From Epiperipatus broadwayi (taxonomy: Eukaryota; Animalia; Onychophora), in NCBI GenBank assembly GCA_028023455.1, contig JAQFVV010000007.1, forward strand, positions 6,386,001 to 6,450,000: a stretch of 64,000 bases of DNA, in the 5' to 3' direction. This document shows, piece by piece, positions 1 to 13,063 of the stretch. Numbering within the stretch: position 1 is the first letter of the stretch; each line of letters begins with the position of its first letter. Made by a program: the position numbers and the translations under genes. The notes under the pieces were generated by a model. That model ran no database searches and was not told where the DNA came from. It saw only the letters and a list, made by a program, of their open reading frames with translations.

Positions 1-260
1 ATCTATATATTGCTTTTATTGGTTTATTCAAGGGATTTGACTCAATTAATCGAAAAAGACTTGGGCAGTGTTTAAATCAATTGGTTATTCACCAAAGTTT
101 ATTAGTATTATACAGTTTCTATATGATGAAATGATAGAAAGTTTTATTAATCCAGGTGGAAAATCCGAGGCATTTAAAATGAAAATGTGGTAAACAAAGG
201 TCGTACTTGCTTAAACATTGTTTTAGATTTTATGAAAATGATCTTTGAAGTTGTTTATAG
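1..260 (+). mobile_element. RTE-clade LINE reverse transcriptase fragment (decayed)
   Basis: Manual translation gives LYIAFIGLFKGFDSINRKRLGQCLNQL..SPKFISIIQFLYDEM, matching the RT FxDLxKAFDSVNR region. Homologous to the copy at ~45820-46060. Confidence 0.75.
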
Positions 261-413
261 GTGTGTAATAACCATTGGAAAGTTCCCACAGGGTTGTATG
301 GAAATAATCCCATCTATCAATCCTCTTATATCAAGGAAACCAAGCATTTCATCCTCTACAAAAATTTATTCAATCCATCAAGAAATAGTCAATAGTAACA
401 ACAAGGTTGGTAT

Positions 414-901
414 TAATCAATAAAGAAAGCCATATATAGCATGACATTGCTTTTAAAATGCTTGTATTTACAAATATGTAATGTAGGGAGTGTACCAATA
501 GCTCAAACAAGCTCTTATTTAATAAGTGTGGTAAGAGAAAATATTTAAAATGTCTATCTAGAATATTCCTATTCCCAGACATTGGTTTTGAGCTTATGGC
601 ACTCTTCAGTGAGGAGCTAGAACATTCAGACACTAGATCTAAAATATCAACTCAAAACCCAGCAATTTTTTAATACATAACTATTGAGAAGAAAATCTGA
701 AATTTTCAGACATAAAAAATGTCTTTAAATCCAGTTATCTAACTCAAATAGCTATATTGGACTGAATCAAATTCAGATCTACCATATATTGATAGCCTCA
801 GGATTGCCAACACCTTAAAGGTAAAATTATAATAATCAATAAAGCAAGTCATATATAATGTGATATTGCTTTTAAAAAGCTTGTATTTACAAATATGTAA
901 T
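414..901 (-). mobile_element. Family B HHR monomer with ~69-bp terminal direct repeats (retrozyme-like, period 419 bp)
   Basis: Direct repeat 414-482 / 833-901 (taatcaataaag...caaatatgtaat). The interior shares cagacactagatctaaaa and tatctaactcaaatagctatat with the 37366-38031 palindrome. Confidence 0.65.
574..614 (-). ncRNA. Degenerate type-I hammerhead ribozyme
   Basis: Minus strand reads CCUCA CUGAAGA GUGC CAUAA GCUC AAAAC CAAU GUC UGGG; GAAA is mutated to AAAA. Confidence 0.6.
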
Positions 902-959
902 TTTGGTAATAAGGATAGGATATAATATTTGATAATAAAAAATACAACTGTTTAATGAA

Positions 960-1350
960 ACTTGAAAAGAAGGGAATAAATAATTAAAATTTCTATTCCA
1001 GCACATATTCTTAAAACATTCAAAAATGACAAATGATCTCATTGTGGTTTTCCAATTCTTTTATTCAACAATACATCAATATTTGCCAGTGAAGAATTCC
1101 AGAAATATTGCAAAGAAATGCCTATATTACAAAAGTCTATTGCATTAGGCTATATAGCTATAAACAGGTTAGCTGAGAGGAATGCACAAATCCTTAAGAA
1201 TGATTACAATCATAAGTGAAGAACTAATATCTATGCATCAGAAAGTCTAAAAATACTTTTCCAATATTGCCGTATTCCATCCAACAATGGGAAAATTCCA
1301 GCAGAACTGTATCTAAACTGTTAAATTTATCTGGACACTCTAAAGCCATT
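960..1350 (+). pseudogene. Ty3/Gypsy integrase core remnant
   Basis: Translation gives CGFPILLFNNTSIFASEEFQKYCKE..INRLAERNAQILK and QYCRIPSNNGKIPAELYLNC*IYLDTLKP, resembling GxPxxIVSDNG..F / NGLAER..Q.LK / YRxTP..G.SPAEL. Confidence 0.65.
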
Positions 1351-1899
1351 CAAGTTCAAGAAAAGCATACAACTTGGCAAAATATGATAAATAAGCAAGG
1401 GAGATGGAGTGCAAGATTTCATTCTACTTCAACCAGAAGCCAGAATAGAAGTTAGGTATTGTCTTGAAGAAATTAGATCAACAATGGGTATATACTAAAA
1501 TGGCAAATTATTATTATTATCAAAAAGAAATCAATATCTATTTTGAAGGAAATTCAAGAGTTTGAAGTAATGAAGATACCAATTCATACCCAAATCTAAA
1601 TGATTTAACATATCTGTACATTCTCTATGCACCAAAGCATCTATCAAGCATGCAGAATCAATAGGAGCAGAACCTAATAACAGTTTTCAAGTCCAAAAGG
1701 TACATCAACTTTAGGTCCCAGTCCAACCCCAAATTCTCTTCCTATGTGCAGATTCAATCTAAAGTGTCATTGACTACGCATCTCTAGAATTACATCCTAA
1801 CCATTGAAATGTTCTTGCTTGATTATATGGCAGTCCCTGCCATTTATTTTTCTTGTATGATGTGCCATTATTCAATGGGACTATCCATTTGATTGTGAA

Positions 1900-2760
1900 A
1901 TTTTTAATAGGAATAAATTACAAACAAAAGCAAGAAAGCCATTTTATTGGATTCTGGATTTACAGTATGTTTATGATTGTGCTACTTTTCCAAGTTCAAA
2001 AGAAATCTATAGATTGAACTTAATGTTTTAAGTGCAACATATAAGGACTTTCATTAACAATTAATATTCAAAAACCTTTTTTTTTTTATCAAGCAGTGAT
2101 GGAAGGAAAATTCTCAGAAACTTTTAGCTTGTAAGATTATTGACTTGAGAATGTAAAAGTAATTTAAATATCTTGATAGTTTTATAAGTGGAAAGGTGGA
2201 TTTAGATTTTCAGATACAACACAGACTCTAGTGTGCTGCTACTTCTTTTACCAAAAAATAATGTATTTCTTCACAGGGAAATTACTACTGCAACTAAATT
2301 AGCTATATAGAACAACATTATCTCACCTAACTTGGAAGTGAGACTTGAATACTTTATCAGTGTATCATAAAGTTATTAGAATAGTTAAGAATATATCCAT
2401 ACATTTTAAAAATAAGATGCCGATATATTCCTCACTTTGATGGATATGATGCTAGAGTCCACAATTGTAAAACCACATCTTTATTGGATAAAACATGTTA
2501 AATGATAACCAATACAAGATTTTTTAAAAGAGTATTTTATGGTGAACTTGAATAAAGTTTTTGTGAGAGAGGTAGACATCATTTACATTACAAAGGATTA
2601 TCTCAAAAACATTCTAAAGAAATGCAACATTGACAGTTTCTAGTGGGAAGATATGGCAGAGAATAGACTACATGGAAGAGCTACAAGTAGATATGGTGTT
2701 GAAGTATTTCAGAAAGAAGTTTTTGCAGAAGTTAAAAAACAGTATTGCAATAGAACAATG
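1900..2760 (+). mobile_element. RTE LINE RT C-terminal part and 3' region (probable continuation of 1-260)
   Basis: Decayed DLQYxDDCA, FKYLDSFIS and WIKHV..RVFYGEL..RGRHHLHY motifs. Homologous to 46100-46870 and 47705-47900. Confidence 0.7.
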
Positions 2761-3374
2761 AAATAATATATTCTATATGTGAACACATTTATGCCGATTG
2801 CATTACTTAGTCATTGCAAAACTCATTTCTAGATTAGTTCTTTTTTACTCGTTTGAAATTGGAATGGCTATATTCATTCATACTTATTTGTGGCTGTTGA
2901 TGATATCTCAATAATAATTCTTTTTATTCACTTGGAATTGGAATAGCCATACTCATTTGTGATTGGCTGCTACTGTTAATGATATGTACTAGCCACTAAG
3001 TTGAGAATGGATTAATATTAATGAATTCTAGAAAAAGAATAAAATGTCATGTTTTTAAAAATTATGGCTATATAAGTTTGATAAATAATGCAGAATTTTA
3101 AATTGTCTGTTGAAACTAGATAATAGTGGTTTTAAAGAATAGATATTAGGAAACAATAGTATTTTCTAAGCAACAAGCAGTTGAATTAAAAAAAATACTC
3201 ATCAAATGAGTTATACACTTTTACTTTTAGAATCTCCACCCTATTATTGCACTAAATCATACAGCATTTACATATAAAATGTTTTCTAAACAATATTCTG
3301 GTAAATATTATGATATTAAACTGTTATATAAAAAGTTAGCTGCTAAATAATCATTCAGAAGTAAATGACTCGAT

Positions 3375-3692
3375 AAACATCACATGATTACCATTTCTTG
3401 TGCTTGTTTATACCTGTTATTAAAACAGGCAAAACTCACTATATGTATTGCCACACTGCAAGCTAGAGTAATCAATGGATGCCAGAAGGCTTGTGCATAA
3501 AATACTAAGATCTAGGTGCAGTGCTCTCAGATTCAAAGCTCCTCACTGAGAAATCCACAAGCTAGAAACTAGTCTGGGGATATTAGATAAGTAGGTACTA
3601 GATGGGGATTTTATGCACAAGCCTTCTGGCATCCATTGATTACTCTAACTTGCAGTGTGGCAATATGTATAGTGAGTTTTTACCTGTTTTAA
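3375..3692. mobile_element. Family A palindromic HHR element, inner left arm deleted
   Basis: Inverted arms 3420-3503 / 3608-3692, the family spacer gatctaggtgcagtgctctcag, and a tail with tcacatga at 3380. Confidence 0.8.
3541..3579 (+). ncRNA. Family A hammerhead, degenerate core
   Basis: CCUCA CUGAG-A AAUCCACAAGCUA GAAAC UA GUC UGGGG (1-nt deletion in the core). Confidence 0.6.
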
Positions 3693-5102
3693 GTAAATGA
3701 CTCTTGAATTTTAGCTGATGAAAGTGTTTTTTAAAGTTAATGACAAGGATATAAATGATTTAGAAAATCTAATTCAATGATAGAGGGAGAGAAGATCTGT
3801 AAAAAAAATGCGTGCTTATTTTTTCCAAAATCTGTTGCTTATATCTTTCGAATGCATCCTAGAGCATGCTATACTCACCTGGACCACAAGTCTTTAGGCT
3901 TGTCATGCCTTATATATAATAATATAGAAAGAATTGTAATAAAGATATTTGTGCAATCCGTAAATTTATATTTATTTAATTTAACAAAGTTTTATTCTCT
4001 TAATGCATTTTCAAAGCACAGTATATTACAATAGCTGTGTGATTTTTAAATCTATGGTCTATATTTATGGATGTGAAATGTGGTCTATAGATTAAAATAC
4101 TTGTTTAACTATGAAATTTATATTCTTTTAATTTGGTTTCAATATAAAATGGTATTGCAGTACTTGACATTTTTAAATGTATAGACCATCTTTCAAATCC
4201 AAAAATAAGTGAATAAAATCATTATTATTATTAAATATTATGAATTTAATGAAAGACAAAGATCTCTTCAGATTTAATTCAATTTCTATGGTCCACAGCT
4301 GGTCTTCTCTACATTACTTTAGTCAATGTTTTTAAACTTGCCTATCAATCTCAAATCATTACTTTCTAGGACATATACTTTCTTTTAGGATGCAATTTAG
4401 AACATCAACAGCCCATATATTGTCATCTCTTCTGGTATCATGTTCAGTTCAATGGCATTTTAATTCTTTCAATAATGACAATTATTTGTTTGATTTTTTT
4501 TTTTCAATGTTGTATTTCATTTTTGAACCTCCTTATTACTTCCAACATAATATTTCTCCATACATAACAGTGTAATCTGAAGTTTTTGTGTTGCTTTTTT
4601 ATGAAGTGTCTAAATACTAGGAAACATATTTATTAAAAGTCTTCCTTTTCAAAGACATATTTCTGCCAAAAGCACTCTATTTGATATTAATTTTATGATT
4701 AATTTTTATCTATTGCATGCCATCTGTATTAATAATTTGATCAAGGTACTGTAATTGTATTTGTTAATTTCTTCCAATTCATTACTATCAATCTTTATAT
4801 TTTGTTTAGCAATTTTTAAACTCTTTCTTTCTTACTTTTATTTGATGACTTACATGACATTTCTTGGTTATTTGTGAAAACAAAAAATAGCTAAAATAAT
4901 CTCCATGTATTTTCCATTCTGAAAAATATTTACTCCAAAATTGTTATCAAAATTTTTGAAGAGATATGATCACTCTGTTTTACACTCTTATCAGTGATAA
5001 CCTTCTTGGGGTCCATGGAGTTTAACTGCTGTTGCATTATGATAAATAGTCTTCAGAATTTGATAATTATATGTCAGATCAATCCCATCACCTAGTTTTT
5101 AG

Positions 5103-5245
5103 ACAGAGGCTAAACTCTACATACAATAGCATCACTTATGCAAGCCAGGATAATCAATGAATGCAAGAAGACTTGTGCTACTATATGGAGAGTTTAACCT
5201 CTGTGTAAACAAACTGTGCAAGTATAAGAAATGGTGATCATGTGA
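5103..5245. mobile_element. Collapsed family A remnant, reverse orientation
   Basis: Arms 5103-5131 / 5176-5204. The tail aagaaatggtgatcatgtga is the reverse complement of the family A tail; the HHR centre is lost. Confidence 0.6.
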
Positions 5246-8200
5246 CAACTAATTTTTGATTGTTAAATGCTTTTAGAAAAGTTCAAACTTAATTTATACT
5301 TCAGTTGTCAGATCACAATTTTTTTTTATAGATGGTATAAGCTAAAGTTAGAATTATTTATATAATTATATATTTAAATGGTATTTGATTAATTATTTGT
5401 ATAATTAAATATTTATTTGAAAGTGGATTATCTAAAAATGATTTGTATTCAAAACTAACATTAAGCAGATACATAGAAAGTTTTAATTAAATTACTGCTA
5501 AAAGTATATTCAAATTTTAATATCAATTGCATGTTGTGATTGTATTTAAATAGAACTTGCATATCAATTAGATATTGGGCTGCTGATGATATTGATTATG
5601 ACAGAAATATGACTCTAGCATGATTGATTTTTTCATTAAAAATTGTATGAAAGATGGTAAAAATTTCGATAGATGATTTAAGGTAAAATTAACATTATTC
5701 AATATTATTTATTTCATGTTTAATTATGTAGTAAAACTATATTGTAACGGTCACTCAATCCCCTTTTGAACACAGAGGGCACCACCAGATCACTATATAT
5801 CTGGAAAATGTGTTTACCATGATCAAAAGTGATGAGGATGACGGTTTGTGCTGACTAGACTCATGAAGAAAGCAAGAGACCTTAAATAGTGTTCAGACAA
5901 TTGAGAAAATAAAAGCACTAAGACAAACATCAGCAAATTAAGTTTAAATAATTTGAAGATTTTATTAAGAGTACTATAAAATTTTAAAGTATTGATTTGC
6001 ACACAATAAATGCAGTTATATCAGACATGTACTAACAAAATTAAAAGTGTCATCGCTCTGGCAGACAGACTAATTTTCTAAAAGTGAATTAGAAAAGGGA
6101 GGAATGATTTTCCTTCAGCTGACAATTCACCCAAAGTAATTCTGATTTCCTTATTCAAAAGTTCTAAAATGAAAAGCAAAGGATTCTTGCATGAATCAAT
6201 GAAACCAGCATGGGAAAGCATCACTAGCTTATTGACTAATGACATCATAATGTCCACAGAATTACTGCATGGAAAAATCACGTTTAAGACCTCCATGTTT
6301 GATTACGATGCAAGAACACAAAAATGGAAAAGAAATATGATGGAGTATGAATTATAAGACAAGAGAAAACTTAAATCTCCAATTTAATGAAATAGTAAAA
6401 TTAGAAAATACTCCGGTGTAAATAATTTCAAATTAATAAAATATTAACTCTCTGATTTAAGCAAAACAGACAAATAATACAAGTGAATCACCAACCAAAT
6501 GACTGACCAACTAAGCTGAGTATAATAATTAAAAGTCTCAATAGAAGACAGGTAAGTAATTTAGAAAACTATTTATGTCTGCCTGAACATTTATCAAAAA
6601 AATGAAATAATTAGAATTACAAATAATTTTACAAACCAAATTCTTAGTATGTGCTCTGACAAATAAATTTAAAGCAACATATAAAAGATAAAATAAATCT
6701 AGCAAACAAAATATGAACATTGACCTAGATTATTAGCGAATTCATCAGAGAGTGTATATGAGCTGAAAATATTAAAACATTAAATGCTTTAGCAGAAAGA
6801 AACATTCTATCACTTATAATTTAAAAGGGGATTAATAGTATCTTCCTGCTGGCAATTTATAAAAGAACAATTCTAGTTTTCTAATTCAGAGATATGAAAA
6901 TATGGTCTTGTAGGATATCAATGAAACAGTGCAGGTGAGCATTCCCTAGTACATTGGATCAGAGACATATTGCCACAGGATAACTCTTGATGTGCCACCT
7001 TTAAAGACATTCAAGGTTGATTCCACATACAAGACAAAAAAAATGATTACGGTCTTATGTAATTTAGAAAAGAAGAAACGAAATCTACAACTGCAGAAAA
7101 CCAGAACAATAAACACGATAAACCACCAGTCAAAAGATTTGTGGGTTACAAAAAAGTGCAAACACAGTAATTTAAATTAATTATTTGGAGGATAAAATAA
7201 GGATAGGTAATCAAACTAAAATTTATGAAGAACTGCCAAAGCATTTAGTATTAGTTAATAATACTATAAGAAGGCATAATAAGCATATAAAATATAAACT
7301 CACAATACACTCCCCAATAAATAAAATTGCAAACTAACTTAGAATCTTAAAACTAAGATTCCAAGACACACTAGAAATACAAAGAAAAGCAAAAACATAT
7401 AAAAATTATTAGATTAAATAATAAAACTTTATACATCACACTTATTTTGGATTGAGTGAAGATTTAATTAAAAGAATTTTATTTACTTTGAAAAAAATAA
7501 GAAATAATTTACCTTATGGTAAAGCAGAGTTCACATAGTTTTTCAGAGTGCACACTTTTATTTTAGGTTCAAATTTTCAGGTGTTTCATTTCTTCATGAT
7601 GGCAAGTGTAGAGGCATATTTCAAGATCCTGCTTACTTTAGACCTTCATGGCATGAGAAAAGAATAGCATGGAATCAGAGGTCCATCCTTTGGTAAAGTT
7701 AGCAAGTCATGTTGTAGGTTAGAAAAAATTAAGCAGTGAATTTAGACACCTTTAAGAAACAAAATCTTTTATTAATGGCAAATTTTAAGAAAAAAATAGT
7801 ATGTCCAGACTGCCAACAATACAGTGTGAATCTCAGCAGGCTAAAATCAAAGTGTGAAAATGAATATTTGAATTATTAGAAACTGAATCTATCATTTTGA
7901 AGCAGCTTGTTCCAGCCAAGAATAATCTCTAATGTCCGAAATTTTTGGAGTTATTTATACTCTCTCAACTCTCCCGCATAAACTTCCTTGTTGTTCAATT
8001 CTAAACCTGAGTCCAGGGAAAATCTCAATCTCCTGCTCAAACTTAATTAAGAATTCTAACCAGGGATTAACTTCTAATAAAAAAAAAAAACACAAAATTA
8101 AATCTCCACTTTTAAAATCAAACTAAAATGATTAAATAAAAGTAATAGGAATGCAATTGAAAAGTTTGCTTGCTTTTAATTAATTGACAAAAAAAAAGTA

Positions 8201-9379
8201 AAAACAAGCGGTAAAAGAAAACTATTTTAGAAATCAATTTTATAAAAAAATAAAATGACATATACACGTACAACTTTTAAATAATTTTAAACTTTTTTTA
8301 ACTTTAGAAATTTAATGAAAATAAAAGGGTTTTATTTTTGGCAATGAAACCATTGAATCAGATAGAGAATCCACTTCAATATATATATATGTGCTCATAT
8401 ATATAGTTCATGTTCACATATAAAAAAATACAAATAAAATTTAAGTTCAAAAGTTTAATAAAATTTTTATAGATAAAAATTAAATGTATATTGAAAATGC
8501 ACTGATAGAGATATACTGTGTAATTAAATATAAAGCTATTTTGTGTTAAATACAAAATATTTTTATAAAATTTAAAAAAGATAATAGATTCTAAATTTAA
8601 TTTAAAACTAGTTTAAAAGAAAAAGATGTTTTCTTTTAACAATTTTAAAAAAGGTGGAAATGAAACTCTAGGAAAAGTAAAATGCTTGTAAACAGATTAC
8701 TAGATTAAAATTTAAGAGATAAATGATTAAAATAATTAATTAAAAAGGCTGTTATTCCCATGAAAGAATCTGAGCTTGGAAATGGGGTATTGGACAAATA
8801 AACTTGGACCTCAGTGAAAGCAGTGGAGTTATCTATACCCAATAGATCAAAGGATTCGAATAATAAGAGATTGATCCTAATTTTACAGATAACTAAAAAT
8901 CATATAAATAGTGCTGGAAATTATGTTCAAGATAATCTTTCTATTATTCTAGCTTGACCCTATCAGTGATTATTATTCTACCAGTATTTATATTCTGTTT
9001 TAGTTAATTCTTATTTGATAGTTCCAGCAAGAGTAGAGAAGCCATTACTAACCTTGCTCTGTCAAGCCAGCAGAGGGCAAGCTGACAACCCATTACTGAG
9101 TCATGTCAAAGAATCCAATAACAACAGAAGAAATCATCTGAATGTGTGTCCACTACATACTTATCTTAGAAGAAGAAAAGTGATGTTCAATGCTACAGAA
9201 AAAAACAGCCATCACACCAAGATCTTATTAATATATCCAAAATGAATAGAACTAGTAATTTAAATTTTTATACACTCTAACTATGATTTTAAAAAATCAA
9301 ATCCACCTACCTAAAGACAACCTGAATTGTTAAGTTGAAAGAATAAGTATAACTTTTAAACTAATAAAATTATATAACT

Positions 9380-9900
9380 TTGAAGTAGATAGAAGAAACA
9401 ACATTGAAATTTGTATAAAAGATTTAATTAAATCAGGTTATAATTATAATTTATTAAATAAAACTCTTAAAATTTTATTTATCCTTGAATACTAAACACT
9501 TGAATAACAATGCATGGATTAGCCTTCTTTATATACCTAATATATCTAAAAAATGAAAACAATATGTTCAAATGATTATAATATCAGTTGTAGAACACCT
9601 AATCTTAATCTACAAATAGTTTATAAAATTAAATGTAACGAACCAAAATGCAATGTAATTTATTATGGAGAATCTCATGCCAATTGTATTACAAAATTAG
9701 GACAGTATAAATATTTATATAAACATACTAAAACAAACTCTAATGTTAAATATATATTTTTGGAAAATTAAATTAAATATGGACATAATTTTGGTCCTAT
9801 TGATATTGTTTGTTCTGAACATAATGATCAAAAGAGAAAATATAAAGAGGCATTGTTTATAGCAAATAATATTAAAGCAATATCAAGAAAGACTCGTGCA
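9380..9900 (+). mobile_element. Penelope-like element 3' remnant (RT thumb and GIY-YIG endonuclease)
   Basis: DLIKSGYNY..LLYIPNISKKMKTIC..IVYKIKCNEPKCNVIYYGES..HNF..KRKYKEALFI matches the PLE NGYP / LPY / VYxIxC..C..YIGET / KR..KEAL.I pattern. Confidence 0.7.
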
Positions 9901-10331
9901 TTGCATTAGCACTAAATGGCATATTTAATTTTAATGTATATACTTTATTTCTATATTTTATTGTAGATCTATGATTATGACTGACCTGGTCAAAAACAAC
10001 ACTTAGATATTATTTTTATTAAAAAATTTAAACTTTCCTGAATAGTTTTCCATTACAATTAATATTAGATATATAATTATTGGAAATAAAGTCTGGAGTA
10101 ATAAATATTGATTAAATAATTATATTTCTTGATATTTTTGAAGTACTATGAATTGTGGGAAATTATATAAAGAGGTCACTATTTAATGCAAATATTTTTA
10201 CGTAATTCACTTTTGATTTTTACAAAAAAATGTAAATTGCTAATGTAACAAAGAAAAAGATGTTTTTGTCTAAAACAAAGTTGTTTGTTTCTTGTAGTGC
10301 ATCTTAATTATAGATTAACTATAATCTTTTT

Positions 10332-11489
10332 GGTAATACATCATCTGATCATCCACACCACTCGATGGCACTGTTTCTATGCTAAAGCACAGAAACATGC
10401 TGTTTACAAAGCCGTTCATTGATTTTACGGCCTGTAAACTGTTCAAACACTAAGATATTATTGAAGTGCACCATTCACCCAACATCACTAGCATGTGGAA
10501 ATTATTAGCAATGAGTTGCAATGCTCTTTATAGACATTCCTCTTGACTATTGTACAGCATATGATATGAAGGTTTCTGTAGTTGTAATGATGAAAAGTAT
10601 ATTAGAATGGATTTATTTATTTTTTGGTTAAATGTATTGTAATTTATGTGAATTAGTAAAAATTGTAACAAATTCTCAAATGCCCCTAGGGGTCACAATT
10701 CACTACATGAGGAGTGTAAATCATGATTCGGCAAAGTTCATGATCAAGTCGTGTACTTTCCGATACTTTTTCGAGATCAAAACAGTTAAATGGCAGATGA
10801 CCATTCGGTATTGAAGTTTTTAGATTTACCTGCTACAGAAGCAGATACAGTGGCCTTCCTTCAACCAAAAAAAATATTTTGCCCACCCATAAAACTGTCT
10901 TTGTGGTGGTTTAATGAAATTAAGGCATTGTCAAGCATCTGGAATTGAATGTCAATCACATCAATGTTGCCGAAGGTGTTCCATTTGATCATGGAATGTG
11001 GTTTGAGGCCTGCCAAATATTTATTATTGGAGCTGGGATGAGCTTATACTGAAGTGTATTGGAGTTGAGTTGGAAATGTGTCAATATGCCGTAAGGAATA
11101 TGACGACAGCTCCTAGAGAGCTCTGTTGAGAAAGCCTTGTTTAAAAGTCAAAAAGCAATTTCTATGTATTTGTTTATGAATAAAAACACAGCAAATGACA
11201 AAAAAAAAGTTTCTTTAAAAAAAAAAACCCTGGAAAAAAGAAATATTTTTTTTTAAAAAAAGACAGAATGTTTTAAAAAGCTAAAAAAAAAAAAAAGAAA
11301 ATTTATTTATTTTTAAGAAATATACATAAAACCGGTTAAAAAAATCAAACTAAAAAAAAAAATCAAACAAATCCAAAAATTAAAAACATAAATGAACAAA
11401 ATAAAAACAGCCTGGTAACATTATATCTATTTGTTTTTCACTAGTAACAGTGCCATTGAGTGATGTGGATGATTAGATGATGTATTACC
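10332..11489 (+). mobile_element. Merlin (ISXO2-like) DNA transposon, internally deleted
   Basis: ~45-bp TIRs starting GGTAATAC and ending GTATTACC; 8-bp TSD atcttttt/atattttt. From 10790: MADDHSVLKFLDLPATEADTVAFLQ..MWFEAC..WSWDEL..REL, resembling the Merlin transposase N-terminus. Confidence 0.75.
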
Positions 11490-12414
11490 ATATTTTTTAT
11501 TTAAAAAATCAAAAAACAATTTTTTTAATTATTTTTTGTTTTGATGAAAATAAATTTAAAAAAATCAAAACAATTGACATTTAATTATTATCTTGTTGTT
11601 ATTAATCAAAAAGAGAAGAATTTACTGCTTCTCCTCTTGCTTATAAATTTCACTGTATCCTCCATAAATAATGGGCTCGGTTTAAATTAGATTAGTGTGT
11701 AGAAAGTTGACTTCAAAAGAGCATCAGTTGCTGCTAGTCTCCATGTTGGTTGAGTTTAAACTTTCAGAGAACTAAAATTGAATGACTTTCACATGTTTTA
11801 TTATTCAATATACATGAAATAGAAGCCACTGCTACTTCTGATGTTTGGAAAATATAAAAGCTGAATTAAATTGAGAAGTGCCAACATTTATCTTATTTAT
11901 GTGTTAACTAGAAATGTTGTACCACCAGCCTAATCTTGAGACTACAATGCTATACTTTATACACATGCTATTTTATATATTAATTAATAGAAGCACAAAT
12001 GAAAAAAATCTATTGACAGTTGTATATATATAATGTCAATGCATGAAACATATTTCATGAACAATATATGAGAGCAAAGATTATCAAATTCATTTATTGA
12101 AAATATGAGTTGATTGTAGTGCTAAAAATAAAGGGAAAAATCTATTCCATCAAAATTATTTCATTTCAATTTGTTTTTAAATAAAGAGAAACACTTTTTG
12201 CAATAACTGGAAATAAAGAACTTTAGAATAAAATCAAACAGGTGGCTAAAAAATTAGTTAATGGATAGAAATTAATTTGGAAAAAATGTTTCGTAAATTT
12301 GCAAGCAGAGGACAAATGTTTAGTAATGCTTCTTTATGCTAACATTTTTTGCTTACTATGTAATGGTAATAATTTTATCTTTTTTATTGAATTATCAAAT
12401 CCATATAATATTAA

Positions 12415-12564
12415 TATCATCTATATTCTTTATTACTTTTTACAATGATTCCTTATGCCAGTTTTGATTGCCCAGTAATCTTCTTGTATTTCCAAATCTT
12501 AAGAAATACAATCGAAACTGTCATAAAAAAGCATTGTAAAAAGTAATAAAGAATATAGATGATA
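12415..12564. repeat. Inverted repeat, ~56-bp arms with 38-bp spacer
   Basis: 12415-12470 pairs with 12509-12564; the right arm begins caatcGAAACTGTCataa. Confidence 0.8.
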
Positions 12565-12943
12565 GTAATGTTAATGGTAATAATAATTTGATTTATAAGG
12601 TAAAGATATTTAAAATTAATAAGTGAAGTTAATGTATATTAGAACATTAATAATATTACTGCAAAAGTATATGTATAATAGATTAGCATTAAACCAAAAT
12701 TCCTGTTTTCAGGATATTTTATTTTATTTGTGAATTGAAAATTTAAATCAACAATAATTTCATCTATAGATTGTACATATTGAAATAGATCACATGATCA
12801 CCATTTCTCATGCTTGCTCATAATCATTATTAAAACAGACAAAACTCTCCATACAGTAGTGCCACTCAGTGCAAGCCAGAGTAATCAATAGATGCCAAAA
12901 GGCTTGTGCATAAATCCCTATCTAGTGCATACTCATCCAATAT

Positions 12944-12983
12944 CCCCAGACTAGTTTCTAGCTTGTGGCTTTCATCAATGAGG
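12944..12983 (-). ncRNA. Family A hammerhead (C3U substitution)
   Basis: CCUCA UUGAUGA AAGC CACAA GCUA GAAAC UA GUC UGGGG. Confidence 0.7.
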
Positions 12984-13024
12984 AACCTTGAAGATCTAGG
13001 TGCAGTGCTCTCGGATCCCAAGCT

Positions 13025-13063
13025 CCTCACTGATGAAACCGCAAGCTAGAAATTAATCTGGAA
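13025..13063 (+). ncRNA. Family A hammerhead variant
   Basis: CCUCA CUGAUGA AACCGCAAGCUA GAAAU UA AUC UGGAA; stems I and II weakened. Confidence 0.65.

Noticed and set aside
5850-8100. Possible additional decayed LINE or LTR element
   Set aside because: Only vague motif hints (Cys/His clusters); not enough to classify.
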